Of a stretch of 64,000 nucleotides of DNA, positions 33,601-46,732 are shown in pieces. Each line of letters begins with the position of its first letter. Position 1 is the stretch's first letter. Location: contig CAXMWX010000001.1 in the NCBI GenBank assembly GCA_963422205.2, positions 64,001 through 128,000 of the forward strand, read 5' to 3'. The notes under the pieces were generated by a model. The model worked only from the letters and a program-made list of their open reading frames with translations. It was not told the DNA's origin and did not search any database. Both the position numbers and the translations under genes were made by a program. This stretch comes from Gammaproteobacteria bacterium (lineage in GTDB: Bacteria > Pseudomonadota > Gammaproteobacteria > Eutrophobiales > Eutrophobiaceae).

Positions 33601-34543
33601 TGGCAGCACCGGCATGGGGGGAGATGGCGGTGGGGTGGTTATGGGTCTCCACCTTCAGGGCGATGCCGGCTGCTTCCCGGGTGTAACCGTAGTGGTGCTG
33701 TATCGGGTCGGCGGAGAAGCGTACCGCAGGATACCCGGTGATCACGGCGGCATTGTCGGTATAGGCCGACAAGATATTGCCGGGGCTTGCCTTGTGCGTT
33801 CGCTTGATGAGATCAAACAAGCTGTCATCCTGGGTTTTGCCATCGACAGTCCATGCCGCATTAAAAATTTTATGCCGGCAATGTTCGGAGTTGGCCTGGG
33901 CAAACATCATCAGCTCGGCATCGGTCGGGTCTCTGCCGAGCGCCTTGAAGGCGAGGCGTAAATAGGCCATCTCGTCAGCCGACAGTGCCAGCCCCATGGC
34001 GCTGTTCGCCTGTTCCAGTGCGGCCAGGCCCTGGCGGGTGAGATCGATCATGCGCCGTTGCCGTACCTTGCTGTGGGTAAACAGGCAGGTTGCTGCCATC
34101 TTGTCTGTCAGCACGATCTCGGTCATGCGATCGTGCAGCAGGGCGGCCAGTGCCTGTTGCGATGGCGTGTCTATGGCTGATGTTGTGCTGTGCAGATACC
34201 AGCATATGCCGCGCTCGATGCGTTTCACCTTGTGCAGACCGCAGCGATGAAAGATGTCCGTGGCCTTGCTTGACCAGGGCGAGATCGTGCCCGGGCGAGG
34301 CACGATGATGAATTGCAACCCCTGTCCCCTCGCCGGCGCACTGCCGTGTTCTGGCCGGTGGCCGTAATCCAGCAGGTGGCGGGTTGTCTCCCATTCCGCC
34401 GCATTCAGCTCGGCCTTGCTGTCCAGAAAGTGCAGGTGCTCGGCTTGGGCGTGGCTGATGTCCGGGCAGCATTGTCGTAATGTGGCCAGTATTTTACTGG
34501 TATGAAAGCGGGAGAGTGCCGCACCGCCAGTGATGATCTGCAT
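30680..34543 (-). CDS. purL: phosphoribosylformylglycinamidine synthase (large fused type)
   Basis: [45 protein letters not shown]. Confidence 0.99.
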   Translation of the reverse strand: MQIITGGAALSRFHTSKILATLRQCCPDISHAQAEHLHFLDSKAELNAAEWETTRHLLDYGHRPEHGSAPARGQGLQFIIVPRPGTISPWSSKATDIFHRCGLHKVKRIERGICWYLHSTTSAIDTPSQQALAALLHDRMTEIVLTDKMAATCLFTHSKVRQRRMIDLTRQGLAALEQANSAMGLALSADEMAYLRLAFKALGRDPTDAELMMFAQANSEHCRHKIFNAAWTVDGKTQDDSLFDLIKRTHKASPGNILSAYTDNAAVITGYPAVRFSADPIQHHYGYTREAAGIALKVETHNHPTAISPHAGAATGAGGEIRDAAATGTGGKPKAGLCGFAVSNLHLPGLPQPWEGAMRRPAHIASALEIMLAGPLGAAAYNNEFGRPLLTGYFRSYEQTLAGKHYGYHKPVMLAGGYGRILKPHVDKKNIPAGSYLIVLGGPAMLIGLGGGAASSMASGEGDQTLDFASVQRANAEMQRRCQEVIDHCCALAEANPVLAIHDVGAGGLANALPELVHGSGRGGRFELDRIPRADPALSPMELWCNESQERYVLAIAAADLPRFRAICQRERAPFAILGKATVEHQLQLVDTTGCHAVDMPLSVLFGKPPGLTKTASRQPPQSRALIGDGLALAETIKRLLQLPTIADKRFLITIADRSVSGLVCRDQMVGPWQSPVADCAVTAAGFHAACGEAMALGERSPLAVTNPAASGRMALAEAITNISASRILRLGDIACSANWMAACGEPDEDAALFTAVQAVSTLACELGIPIPVGKDSLSMHTRWQQQGETCQVISPLTVVITAFAPVADTHKSLTPQLQAEPETVLLLIDLGGGQNRLGESALAQVYNRHGYTPPDIDDSHLLIAFFNAVQLLNEAAYILAYHDRSDGGLFVCLTEMAFAGRLGLDIELHEEADPIALLFNEEAGAVLQIRQADMQTVHRAFIEAGLPADCIRIIATPNRAKSIRIHHQQAVLYEAGLAALHGLWSSTTCQIQALRDNPACAREEYLALQDMDDPGLFFSVPFTVTAAPALTGQARPTIGILREQGVNGQVEMAAAFERAGFDCLDLHISDLNSGEQGLTGLQGLVACGGFSYGDVLGAGGGWAKSILFNLRSREQFQQFFERTDSFALGVCNGCQMLSQLRELLPGAAHWPQFAANRSGRFESRLVMVEILASPSLFFAGMQGAKLPVVVAHAEGQTHFIAPGQQSLPVVRYVDNTGQPTIAYPANPNGSAGGVNGFTSDDGRFTIMMPHPERVFLCRQLSWHDPNWRQEESPWMQMFHNARRWLA

Positions 34544-34684
34544 GCAGGTTATTGTTAATGTGTTCTGTTTTAGATAACTGGCAGGTTTTGCTTAAAACCC
34601 GTTAAGTATACGTGATACGGCTGGCGGTCGAAATATGGCGGCCAGCCTGGGCCTTGCACAGCGTCTTTGTTGACCGGCAGCGAA

Positions 34685-35575
34685 TCAGGGCAATTCAACC
34701 ACCTTGAGCTGGATGCGGCGGTTTTCCCGGCGGCTGTTGTTGCTGCTTGTCAGATGGCGGCGCTCGTGGCGCTGGCTGCTGTGATCAACACCGCCTATGT
34801 CGAGCCATTCGCCCAGGCGGCCGGTGATGGTGGTCGCCAGATTTTGCGTGTTGATGATGCCGGGGGTGCGTTCATCCAGGCTGGCGAGTTGCGGTGCTAT
34901 CGATAAGGTGACCTGCTCGCCGGCCAGCCGTGGCAGCACATAAAACCCGGACGTGATGTCACGGTATTGCACACTGTCTGTGGCGATGATGCCTGCCGGG
35001 GTGATGATGGTTTGTGGTGCGGCAAACGGCACCGACTGCCCGGTCTGGATGAAGGCCGCCCTGCCCTCCACAGTTTGCACATGAAACAGATTCTCATCGC
35101 TGTCAGCCAGGCGGGTGTGCTGATCGCGATAGGCGATGGTGTTGCCATCGGTGTCTGTTGCCCGAAGGCGGGTGCCGGCAGCCTGTCCTCGCGCCGCTGC
35201 TGGTGCACCGCCGCCGGAGAGTGTCACCTTGCCTGTGGCATAGCGCCCTGAAAGTGCGCTTGCTTTGTCGTGTTGCTGCCTGTCTGTGTCCTGTCTTACA
35301 TAAATAATTAACCGGCGGGCGGCTTTGTCAATCGTTTGCAGCAGGTGGTTTATCTCGCTTAAATTGGCGGCGGTGGTTTTTACGATCAGCTGATCATTTA
35401 ACCCGGTCACCGAACCGCCCCGAACGAGCAGAGGCTTGATGATCGGGATGATCTCGGCGGCTGTTCGGTGTTGCAGTTGCAGGCTGTGAAGGTGCAGTGA
35501 CTCGGCCAGGACTGTGGCGATGCAGAACAATCCCGGCAGGGCGAGGGCAAGCGTGCGTAGGCGAAATCGGTTCAC
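34685..35575 (-). CDS. secretin N-domain-like exported protein (short, stand-alone)
   Basis: Signal peptide; LQHR.A.EIIP.IKPL NolW-like domain; VEGRAAFIQTGQSVP; GRLGEWLDIGG. Confidence 0.75.
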   Translation of the reverse strand: MNRFRLRTLALALPGLFCIATVLAESLHLHSLQLQHRTAAEIIPIIKPLLVRGGSVTGLNDQLIVKTTAANLSEINHLLQTIDKAARRLIIYVRQDTDRQQHDKASALSGRYATGKVTLSGGGAPAAARGQAAGTRLRATDTDGNTIAYRDQHTRLADSDENLFHVQTVEGRAAFIQTGQSVPFAAPQTIITPAGIIATDSVQYRDITSGFYVLPRLAGEQVTLSIAPQLASLDERTPGIINTQNLATTITGRLGEWLDIGGVDHSSQRHERRHLTSSNNSRRENRRIQLKVVELP

Positions 35576-36087
35576 AGGTGAAATTTCCTCGTGTTGCTGT
35601 CAGGGGTGGCTGTCTCCCATAACGCATTAAACTGGCGCAGCAGGTATTTGGCGATGCTTTTATCAGCAAAGTTTATCGTAGCGTCATACCGGTGTGCGTG
35701 TAACGTGTGAATATAGCCTGTGCCATCGGCGATAAACAGGGATTCATTGCAATGGCTGGCCTCGGCTTTTGGTGTGCGTAACTGGATAAAGCTGCTCAAA
35801 TTGCCCGCCATATCAATGAGTCTATGGCCCTTTCTGACGATTTCTTTAAGATCATAGAGCAATATCCGTAGACGGGTGCGCCGGTGTTGCAGGACAAAAC
35901 CGCGTATGGCCTGGAGAAATTCTGTGGTGTTGTAGATGTGCGGATCAAGGTCTCGGCTCAAGATGTCGATATGGTACCGGCTTTGTTGTGTCATGCTGAG
36001 GGTGGCCTGGCTGTTTTCCTTGCGGGTTTCAACCATCATCACCTCATCGGTCTCACCGAGGATACAGTGATCAAAGACGGGTTGCAC
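35572..36087 (-). CDS. conserved hypothetical protein (PLD-like fold; often fused to GNAT)
   Basis: IDILSRDLDPHIY...LRILL...GHRL..L...SS; RBS AAGGAG; typical purB neighbour. Confidence 0.7.
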   Translation of the reverse strand: MQPVFDHCILGETDEVMMVETRKENSQATLSMTQQSRYHIDILSRDLDPHIYNTTEFLQAIRGFVLQHRRTRLRILLYDLKEIVRKGHRLIDMAGNLSSFIQLRTPKAEASHCNESLFIADGTGYIHTLHAHRYDATINFADKSIAKYLLRQFNALWETATPDSNTRKFHL

Positions 36088-36135
36088 GTAACGCTCCTTG
36101 CGCGATCATGGTTTGCTATTGGTCAGAGTTCTGGG

Positions 36136-38585
<2,450 letters not shown>

Positions 38586-38712
38586 ACTTATCTCCAGATA
38601 AATTACGACAGGATTTTCCAAGGGGGCATTCTAGCAATGCTGCCGACAAGTACCAACATGCCTTGCCGGTCAGGCTGTGGCTAAATTCCCAGGATGCGAT
38701 TAAGATGATGCG

Positions 38713-39765
38713 ATGGACGAGGAGATCAGTTTAAGGGCCCCTGATGATTGCCACCTGCATCTTCGAGACGGCGCCCAGATGGCTTGTGTATTGCCGCATT
38801 CGGCCCGGCAGTTTGCCCGTGCGATCATCATGCCGAACCTCACGCCGCCGGTGGTGACAGTCGCCGAGGCCGTTAAGTACCGGCAGCGGATTCTCACCGC
38901 CCTGTCCAGGAGTATGACAGGCGATGCCGGTCTTCATCCCCTGATGACGCTCTACCTTACCGATCTGACCTGCACCGATGAGGTGCTTAAAGTGGCCGAA
39001 ACTGCGGAGGTCCTCGGTTTCAAATACTATCCCGCCGGGGCAACGACAAATTCTGCGAGTGGTGTGACGGCGCTGGAGAAGGTCTATCCGCTGCTGGAGA
39101 GAATGCAGGAACACGCCGTCCCCCTGCTGGTGCATGGCGAGGTGACGATCAGAGAGACCGACATATTCGACCGGGAAGCCGCCTTCATTGACCAGGTACT
39201 CATCACGCTGACACGAGAGTTGCCCGCACTGCGTATCGTCTTTGAGCATATTACCACGGCCGAGGCCGTCGCCTTTGTACAAGAGAGCACCGCACCCATC
39301 GCCGCCACGATCACCGCCCATCATTTATTATTAAATCGCAATGCGCTGTTTGCCGGTGGTCTCAGACCACACCATTACTGCCTGCCCGTGCTGAAGGCGG
39401 AACGGCACAGACAGGCATTACTGGCGGCAGCCGTCAGTGGCGACCGCCGGTTTTTTCTGGGCACCGACAGCGCACCACACGCCGCCTCTGCCAAGCTGAC
39501 GGACTGTGGCTGTGCCGGTATTTACTCCGCCCTGTGCGCCCTGGAGATCTATGCCGAGGTGTTTTATCAGGCCGGATGTGTTGAGCGCCTTGAGGGTTTT
39601 GCCAGCGAGCATGGGGCCGATTTTTATGGCCTGCCGCCTAACTCATCACGCATCACCCTGCGGCGAGATGCCTGGACTGTGCCTGCTTCCCTGCCTTACG
39701 GCGATGATCGGATTGTGCCGCTGTTGGCCGGCGAGGAGTGCCACTGGAGATTGCTGGATCAATGA
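38713..39765 (+). CDS. pyrC: dihydroorotase
   Basis: PDDCHLHLRDG, MPNL, YPAGATTNS, LGTDSAPH. Confidence 0.97.
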   Translation: MDEEISLRAPDDCHLHLRDGAQMACVLPHSARQFARAIIMPNLTPPVVTVAEAVKYRQRILTALSRSMTGDAGLHPLMTLYLTDLTCTDEVLKVAETAEVLGFKYYPAGATTNSASGVTALEKVYPLLERMQEHAVPLLVHGEVTIRETDIFDREAAFIDQVLITLTRELPALRIVFEHITTAEAVAFVQESTAPIAATITAHHLLLNRNALFAGGLRPHHYCLPVLKAERHRQALLAAAVSGDRRFFLGTDSAPHAASAKLTDCGCAGIYSALCALEIYAEVFYQAGCVERLEGFASEHGADFYGLPPNSSRITLRRDAWTVPASLPYGDDRIVPLLAGEECHWRLLDQ

Positions 39766-40376
39766 GTGCTGCCAGGCATCCTGCCTCCCGGCGTTTTCGC
39801 AGTTACCTGCCGGTGGTGGTCGATGTTGAGACCGGCGGCTTCGATCCCGGCACAGATGCCCTGCTGGAATTTGCCACGGTATTGCTGAGCTTGAACGAGG
39901 AGGGCAGGTGGTGCATGACCGAGACGATTGCCAAACACATACAGCCTTTCCCCGGCGCCAATCTGGATAAAGCGGCGCTGGAGTTCACCGGGATTGATCC
40001 AGAACATCCGTTTCGCAAGCAGATCGCCGTCCCGGAAAAACAAGCCCTGCATGACACCTTCCAGACAGTCCGGCGGGCGATAAAACAGCATGACTGCCAC
40101 CGGGCCATCCTGGTCGGACATAATCCCAGCTTTGATTTGAGATTTATCCAGGCTGCCGTGGACAGGTGTGCGCTTAAACGCAATCCGTTTCATCCCTTCA
40201 GCACGTTTGATACCGCTACCCTAGGCGGCCTGGCCTATGGACAAACCGTATTATCCAGGGCCGTTAAAGCGGCGGGCCTGCAATGGGATGATGCTGCTGC
40301 ACATTCGGCGCGCTACGATGCTGAGAAAACCGCCGAGCTGTTCTGCCATGTGGTCAACCGATGGGTGATGGATTAG
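39762..40376 (+). CDS. rnt: ribonuclease T
   Basis: RFRSYLPVVVDVETGG, KRNPFHPFS, AHSARYD; pyrC-rnt synteny with ATGA overlap. Confidence 0.96.
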   Translation: MSAARHPASRRFRSYLPVVVDVETGGFDPGTDALLEFATVLLSLNEEGRWCMTETIAKHIQPFPGANLDKAALEFTGIDPEHPFRKQIAVPEKQALHDTFQTVRRAIKQHDCHRAILVGHNPSFDLRFIQAAVDRCALKRNPFHPFSTFDTATLGGLAYGQTVLSRAVKAAGLQWDDAAAHSARYDAEKTAELFCHVVNRWVMD

Positions 40377-40398
40377 CTTTCAACCTAGCGGCTGCACG

Positions 40399-40542
40399 AT
40401 GTGTCTGCTTATCCTTGCCCTTAAACAGCATCCTGATTACCCCGTCATTGTTGTTTTTATGAGAGGGTGTATGATCAACAGGCAAACATCATCAGCGATC
40501 TTGCGTACACGGCGCCTTAACAGGCATGGAAGATGGCGTTGA
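40399..40542 (+). pseudogene. remnant of an NRDE/TANGO2-family gene
   Basis: MCLLILALKQHPDYPVIVV followed, after a shift, by FYER; the intervening NRDE motif is missing and the frame soon stops. Confidence 0.55.
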
Positions 40543-40838
40543 GGATGGTCTGAATATGACCGGTACAGGCAAGGCGTGACTGGCTGAATTGCCATCCGGC
40601 CTGACGGCACCGGGCGGTGGTTCAGCACGATAAAATACGGTGGTGAACTTCAGCGTTGCCTGCCTGAAAAAACCTGATTTTTATTATTTTTCAAGCGCTT
40701 TTTTTCGTTTTTTTCTCGCAGCAAAAAATACTCTCTGGCAGCAATTATGGTATAGTTGCGAATGCTGCTCCAAGCCTTGTATGCACCGACACAAAGATCA
40801 ACAACCTGAAGGCACCTGCCTGATTTTCAATGTGATAT

Positions 40839-43439
40839 ATGTCTGATCAAATAGCCCGTTCGCTCTCCCCGGTCAATATAGAAGATGAGATGCGGCAGTC
40901 CTATATGGACTATGCCATGAGCGTCATTGTTGGCCGTGCCCTGCCGGATGTGCGTGATGGCTTAAAGCCGGTACACCGGCGGGTGCTCTATGCCATGAAT
41001 GAGATGAGCAATGTGCACAACAAGCTGTATAAAAAATCGGCGCGCGTGGTGGGCGATGTCATCGGTAAATATCATCCGCATGGCGATACCGCCGTCTACG
41101 ATACGATTGTGCGTATGGCGCAGGATTTCTCTTTGCGTTATGTGCTGGTTGACGGGCAGGGCAATTTTGGCTCGGTTGATGGGGATGCCCCGGCTGCCAT
41201 GCGTTATACCGAAGTACGCATGGCGCGCATCGCCCAGGAATTGCTGGAGGACATCGACAAACAGACAGTCGATTTTGTGGCGAACTATGATGGGGCCGAG
41301 CACGAACCGGCGGTCTTGCCCACCCGCCTGCCCAATCTGCTGGTCAATGGCTCCAGCGGGATTGCTGTCGGGATGGCAACCAATATCCCGCCACACAATC
41401 TGCATGAGGTGATCAACGCCTGTGTGGTGTTGATTGCTGAACCGGCAGCCACCCTCGATCAGTTGCTGACCCATATCCCCGGCCCGGATTTTCCCACCGC
41501 TGGCATCATCAATGGCTCGCAGGGGATTCATGAGGCCTACCGCACTGGCCGGGGCCGGATTTATCTGCGCGCCCGCACCCACATCGAGACGGATGAGAAG
41601 ACCGGCCAGCAGACAATCATCGCCACCGAGCTGCCTTATCAGGTCAACAAGGCCCGGCTGCTGGAGAGGATTGCCGAGCTGGTCAAGGACAAGAAGCTGA
41701 CCGGCATCCGTGAATTGCGTGATGAGTCCGATAAAGATGGCATGCGTATGGTGATCGAGCTAAAGCGCGGCGAGGTGCCGGAGGTGATCCTCAATAATCT
41801 GTATCAGTTCACCGCCATGCAGTCTGTGTTTGGCATTAATCTGGTGGCCCTTGATGGGGGGCAGCCACGGCTGATGAACCTGAAAGACATGCTGGCCGCC
41901 TTTATCCGGCACCGGCGCGAGGTGGTGACCCGCCGCACATTGTTTGACTTGCAAAAGGCGCGCAACCGAGCGCATATTCTGGAGGGGCAGGCGATTGCGC
42001 TCGCCAATATCGATCCCATGATCGCCCTGATCAAAGGCTCGGCAACGCCGGCTGAGGCAAAGGCCGCCATGCTGTTGCGTCTCTGGCAGTCAGACACCGT
42101 GCTCGCCATGCTGCAACGCACGGATGCGGCCATCTCAAGGCCAGATTCGTTGCCGGATGAATACGGCTTGCAGGCGGCCGGCTATCGGCTGTCCGATGCC
42201 CAGGCACAATCCATCCTGGAGTTGCGCCTGCAAAAGCTGACCGGTCTGGAGCAGGACAAGATCATCACGGAATATGAGGGGCTGCTGGATACGATCATCG
42301 ATCTGCTGGACATCGTCGGTCGGCCTGAACGCCTGATGCAGGTCATCCAGACTGAACTGGAAGAGATGCGTGAGCGCTACGGCGATGATCGGCGCACGCA
42401 AATCATCGACGATCGCCAAAACCTCAGCATGGAGGATCTGATCACCGAGCAGGATGTCGTGGTCACCCTGTCATACACCGGTTATGCCAAGACTCAGACC
42501 ATAGACACCTACCGTTCGCAGCGGCGCGGCGGCAAGGGCAAGTCGGCGACCAATGTCAAAGAGGCGGACTTCATTGACAAGCTGTTCATCGCCAGCACGC
42601 ACGATACGATGTTATGTTTTTCGAGTGAAGGCAGGTTGTACTGGCTGAAGGTCTATGACCTGCCGCAGGCGAGCCGGACAGCACGGGGCAAACCTGTCGT
42701 TAATCTGCTGCCCTTGCGCGAGGGCGAGCGCATCAGCGCCATTTTGCCCATTCGTGAGTTTACCGATGAGGCGTTTGTGTTCATGGCGACTGAAGATGGC
42801 ACCATCAAAAAGACAGCACTGAAGAATTTCTCCCGCCCGCGCCCCAGCGGCATCATTGCCATTGAGCTGGCGGCGGGTAATCAACTGGTCGGGGTCGAGC
42901 TGACCGATGGCGAGAAGGATGTCATGTTATTCAGCAATGCTGGCAAGGCGATACGCTTTCATGAGTCGGGGATTCGGGCGGTTGGCCGCACCGCAAGGGG
43001 CGTACGCGGGATGCGGCTGGGCGGTGATGAGAAGATCATCTCGCTGATCATTGTCGAGCCGGGCAAGACTGTGCTGACAGCCACCGAGAACGGCTATGGC
43101 AAGCGCACACCGATAGCGGATTTTCGCGCCCAGGCGCGCGGTGGTCAGGGCGTGATCTGTATTCAGACCGATGCCCGTAACGGCAAGGCCGTGGGGGCGC
43201 TGATGGTCAGTGATGAGGATGAGATCATGTTGATCTCCGATCAGGGGACATTAATCCGCAGCCCGGTGCGTGAGATTTCCGTGGTTGGCCGCAACACCAA
43301 GGGCGTGCGGTTGGTCAGCCTGCATGGAAAGGAGCATCTTGCCAGCCTTGAACGCATCGTTGAGATGAAGGCCGATGCCAATGACAGCACCACGGCTGAT
43401 GAGGATACACCCCCGCACCAGGGCCAGCATGAGGCGTAA
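40839..43439 (+). CDS. gyrA: DNA gyrase subunit A
   Basis: [31 protein letters not shown], GyrA box QRRGGKG. Confidence 0.99.
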   Translation: MSDQIARSLSPVNIEDEMRQSYMDYAMSVIVGRALPDVRDGLKPVHRRVLYAMNEMSNVHNKLYKKSARVVGDVIGKYHPHGDTAVYDTIVRMAQDFSLRYVLVDGQGNFGSVDGDAPAAMRYTEVRMARIAQELLEDIDKQTVDFVANYDGAEHEPAVLPTRLPNLLVNGSSGIAVGMATNIPPHNLHEVINACVVLIAEPAATLDQLLTHIPGPDFPTAGIINGSQGIHEAYRTGRGRIYLRARTHIETDEKTGQQTIIATELPYQVNKARLLERIAELVKDKKLTGIRELRDESDKDGMRMVIELKRGEVPEVILNNLYQFTAMQSVFGINLVALDGGQPRLMNLKDMLAAFIRHRREVVTRRTLFDLQKARNRAHILEGQAIALANIDPMIALIKGSATPAEAKAAMLLRLWQSDTVLAMLQRTDAAISRPDSLPDEYGLQAAGYRLSDAQAQSILELRLQKLTGLEQDKIITEYEGLLDTIIDLLDIVGRPERLMQVIQTELEEMRERYGDDRRTQIIDDRQNLSMEDLITEQDVVVTLSYTGYAKTQTIDTYRSQRRGGKGKSATNVKEADFIDKLFIASTHDTMLCFSSEGRLYWLKVYDLPQASRTARGKPVVNLLPLREGERISAILPIREFTDEAFVFMATEDGTIKKTALKNFSRPRPSGIIAIELAAGNQLVGVELTDGEKDVMLFSNAGKAIRFHESGIRAVGRTARGVRGMRLGGDEKIISLIIVEPGKTVLTATENGYGKRTPIADFRAQARGGQGVICIQTDARNGKAVGALMVSDEDEIMLISDQGTLIRSPVREISVVGRNTKGVRLVSLHGKEHLASLERIVEMKADANDSTTADEDTPPHQGQHEA

Positions 43440-43487
43440 ACTCAAGCCGGTATTTATCCCGTCCAGGGTCAACCGTGGGGTTATCTC

Positions 43488-44576
43488 GTGTCCACAATGA
43501 AGGTGTTTAATTTTGGCGCCGGCCCGGCGCAGCTGCCGCCGCCCGTGATGCAGCAGGCACAGGCGGAATTTCTTGACTGGCACGGCACCGGCATCTCGGT
43601 GATTGAAATGAGCCATCGCAGCCCGTCATTTGCGGATATCATTGATCAGAGTGAGCATGATCTCAGCGAACTCCTGTCCCTCCCCGAACACTATCAAATA
43701 CTGTTTCTGCAGGGCGGGGCCACGCACATGATGAGCATGGTGCCGCTGAATTTTTTATCCCGTGGGCAGAGTGCGGATTATCTGCACACGGGCAACTGGT
43801 CAGGCAAGGCCATTAACGAGGGCCGCCGGCTGGCGGCGGTGAATGTGGTCGCCAGTTCAAAGGCCGATGAGTTTATGCGTATTCCCCCGCCATCACAGTG
43901 GCAGCTTGACCCTGGCGCCGGTTATTTTTATTATTGCGATAATGAGACCATCAGCGGCGTGGAGTTTCAGGACGTGCCGGATGCGGCCACCGCCCCGCTG
44001 GTCTCGGACATGACGTCCAATTTTCTGTCCAGGGAATTCGACATCACACGATTTGCCTGTGTGTTTGCCGGGGCGCAAAAAAATATCGGCCCTGCCGGCT
44101 TAACTGTTGCCATCATACGCAAGGACTGTATCGGCAGCAGCGATCGTACCCTGCCCCTGCTGTATGATTTCAAGACCCACGCCGATACCCGCTCTTTATC
44201 CAACACCCCGGCAACCTTCAGCTGGTACATGGCCGGGCTGACCTTTCGCTGGATTTTGCAGCAAGGCGGCCTGGCGGCGATGCACAGCAATGCCCTGGCA
44301 CGTTCAGCGCTATTATACGACTGTATTGATAGCGATGATTTTTACAGCAGCCCGGTAGACAGGGCCTATCGTTCACGCATGAACATCCCGTTTGTGCTGG
44401 CCGATGATTCACTGGATAAGGTATTTTTACAGCAAGCGGCTGAGGCCGGCCTGCTGGCATTGAAAGGCCATCGCAGCGTGGGCGGGATGCGCGCCAGTCT
44501 CTACAACGGTATGCCGCTTGAGGGCGTTGCCACACTGGTTGAGTTTATGCGCGATTTCAGCCGCCGCAAGGGATGA
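43488..44576 (+). CDS. serC: phosphoserine aminotransferase
   Basis: FNFGAGPA, EMSHRS, AGAQKNIGP, GHRSVGGMRASLYN. Confidence 0.98.
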   Translation: MSTMKVFNFGAGPAQLPPPVMQQAQAEFLDWHGTGISVIEMSHRSPSFADIIDQSEHDLSELLSLPEHYQILFLQGGATHMMSMVPLNFLSRGQSADYLHTGNWSGKAINEGRRLAAVNVVASSKADEFMRIPPPSQWQLDPGAGYFYYCDNETISGVEFQDVPDAATAPLVSDMTSNFLSREFDITRFACVFAGAQKNIGPAGLTVAIIRKDCIGSSDRTLPLLYDFKTHADTRSLSNTPATFSWYMAGLTFRWILQQGGLAAMHSNALARSALLYDCIDSDDFYSSPVDRAYRSRMNIPFVLADDSLDKVFLQQAAEAGLLALKGHRSVGGMRASLYNGMPLEGVATLVEFMRDFSRRKG

Positions 44577-44654
44577 GTGACATCAGCTTAACTCTCCGCC
44601 CGGCTAACTGGCTTTGCTGTACAATGCGCTGAACCGCCTTAATAATTTTTTGCC

Positions 44655-45737
44655 ATGACAGATAAGGACAGGCTGGCCGAGGTCCGCGCCGACATTGATT
44701 TGATCGATCAGCAGTTGATTGCATTGATCAACCAGCGCGCCCGGCTGGCACAGACTGTCGGCAGGCTCAAGCAACAGGCCGGGCAGGAAAATCACTTCTA
44801 CCGCCCTGAACGTGAGGCCGCAATCCTGCGAGAGGTGGTGCAGCATAACCCCGGCCCCATAGATCAGCAGGGGCTGGTGCGGATATTTCGTGAGCTTATG
44901 TCGGCCTGCCTGGCGATGGAGAAGCGCTTGCAGGTCGCCTATCTGGGGCCTGAGGGCACGTTTACCCAGGCGGCGGTCGGCAAGCATTTTGGTGGCTCGG
45001 TCACGGCCTGCGCCTTGCCCGGTATCGATCTGGTGTTTCGTGAGGTGGCTACTGGCAGTTGTGAGTATGGCGTGGTGCCGATAGAAAACTCAATTGAAGG
45101 CGTGGTCAATCATACCCTGGACATGTTCATCAACTCAGCAGCGATCATCTGTGGTGAGGTGCATTTGCGTATTCACCAGAGCCTGCTCTCCAGTGCAGAC
45201 GATGTGAAGCATATCAAGACGGTCTACTCCCATGCCCTGTCGTTCGCCCAGTGTCGGCACTGGCTGGATACCCATTTGCCCGGCGTCTCGTGTGTGAACG
45301 TCTACAGTAATGCCGAGGCCGCAAAGTTGGCACAGGCAGATCGCACCGCCGCGGCCATCGCCGGTCACGTGGCGGCTGACACCTATCAGCTACACACCCT
45401 GGCCGATAATATTGCCGATGAACCGGACAACACCACGCGTTTTTTAGTGATAGGCAATCAGGCGGTGCCGGCAAGCGGTGATGACAAGACATCAGTCCTG
45501 TTCGCCACACCAAGCGAGCCCGGGGCATTGGTCAACGTATTACACTGTTTCTCTGATAACAAGGTCAATATGAACCGGATTGAATCCCGGCCCTCTCGCC
45601 AGGTGATGTGGGAATATGTATTTTTTGTTGATCTGGAAGGACACCGGGACGATGCCAATGTCAGCACCTCTCTGGAGCAACTCAAGGCCAACGCCTCGAT
45701 GGTAAAAATACTCGGCTCTTATCCGGTGGCGAGTTGA
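44655..45737 (+). CDS. pheA: chorismate mutase / prephenate dehydratase
   Basis: N-terminal AroQ domain; AYLGPEGTF, VPIENS, NTTRF, IESRPS. Confidence 0.97.
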   Translation: MTDKDRLAEVRADIDLIDQQLIALINQRARLAQTVGRLKQQAGQENHFYRPEREAAILREVVQHNPGPIDQQGLVRIFRELMSACLAMEKRLQVAYLGPEGTFTQAAVGKHFGGSVTACALPGIDLVFREVATGSCEYGVVPIENSIEGVVNHTLDMFINSAAIICGEVHLRIHQSLLSSADDVKHIKTVYSHALSFAQCRHWLDTHLPGVSCVNVYSNAEAAKLAQADRTAAAIAGHVAADTYQLHTLADNIADEPDNTTRFLVIGNQAVPASGDDKTSVLFATPSEPGALVNVLHCFSDNKVNMNRIESRPSRQVMWEYVFFVDLEGHRDDANVSTSLEQLKANASMVKILGSYPVAS

Positions 45738-45829
45738 CAGGTGTCCGTCTCGCCGCCGCTGTGGATGAGATTTCACTTTTCTCAACACGGCCTGTACCCT
45801 GCCGGGCTTTGCCATGCGGTGCAGGGTAG

Positions 45830-46720
45830 ATGGGCATGCAGATAGACAAGCTGACGATTATCGGTGTCGGGCTGATTGGCGGCTCACTGGCGCGTGCCTT
45901 AAAGCGAGCCGCCGCCTGTGCCAGGGTCTGTGGCTACGATATCAATCCGGCCAGCCTGGATAAAGCCATGCAGCTTGGCGTCATTGATGAGGCCCATACG
46001 GATCTGCCAGCCGCCGCCGCCGGGGCCGATGTCATCGTGCTGGCGATACCACTGGCCGGTTACCGCCAGGCGTTACATGCCCTGTCAGGGGTGATAAACG
46101 AGCAGACCATCATTACCGATGTGGGCAGCGCCAAGGCCAGCGTCATTGCCGCAGCAAAGGCCGCGTTAGGCAAACAGATCAGCCATTTTGTCCCAGGGCA
46201 TCCGATTGCAGGACGTGAGACAAGCGGGGTGCAGGCAAGCGATGCCCGTTTGTTTTTTGAACACAAGGTGATTATCACCCCGATCGCTGAAACCTCACAG
46301 AAGGCAAAGACCTGCATCGCCGCCCTCTGGCGGCAGGCCGGGGCCAGCGTGCTGGAATTGACCGTCGAGCATCATGATGAAGTGCTTGCCGCCACCAGCC
46401 ATCTGCCACACATGCTCGCCTATGCGCTGGTGGATTGTCTGTCCAGTATGCAGGATGAGCGCGAGGTCTTTGCCTATGCGGCCGGTGGTTTTGCCGATTT
46501 CAGCCGCATCGCCTCCAGTGATCCCCAGATGTGGCATGATGTCTGCTTGGCCAATCGCAGGCCCCTGCTGGCCGCCCTGACCGCCTTTGAACGGCACCTT
46601 GCCCATATCAAAGTCGCCATCGAAAATAACGACAGCCAGGCCCTGCTGAGGCTGTTCACATGTGCCAAGCAGACCCGCGATCACTATGCCGCTACCGGTG
46701 ATCTGTCAGGTGCAGCATAG
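45830..46720 (+). CDS. tyrA: prephenate/arogenate dehydrogenase
   Basis: IGVGLIGGS, DVGSAK, GHPIAG, HDEVLAATSHLPH, RIASSDP. Confidence 0.93.
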   Translation: MGMQIDKLTIIGVGLIGGSLARALKRAAACARVCGYDINPASLDKAMQLGVIDEAHTDLPAAAAGADVIVLAIPLAGYRQALHALSGVINEQTIITDVGSAKASVIAAAKAALGKQISHFVPGHPIAGRETSGVQASDARLFFEHKVIITPIAETSQKAKTCIAALWRQAGASVLELTVEHHDEVLAATSHLPHMLAYALVDCLSSMQDEREVFAYAAGGFADFSRIASSDPQMWHDVCLANRRPLLAALTAFERHLAHIKVAIENNDSQALLRLFTCAKQTRDHYAATGDLSGAA

Positions 46721-46732
46721 CGGGCCGGCCAA

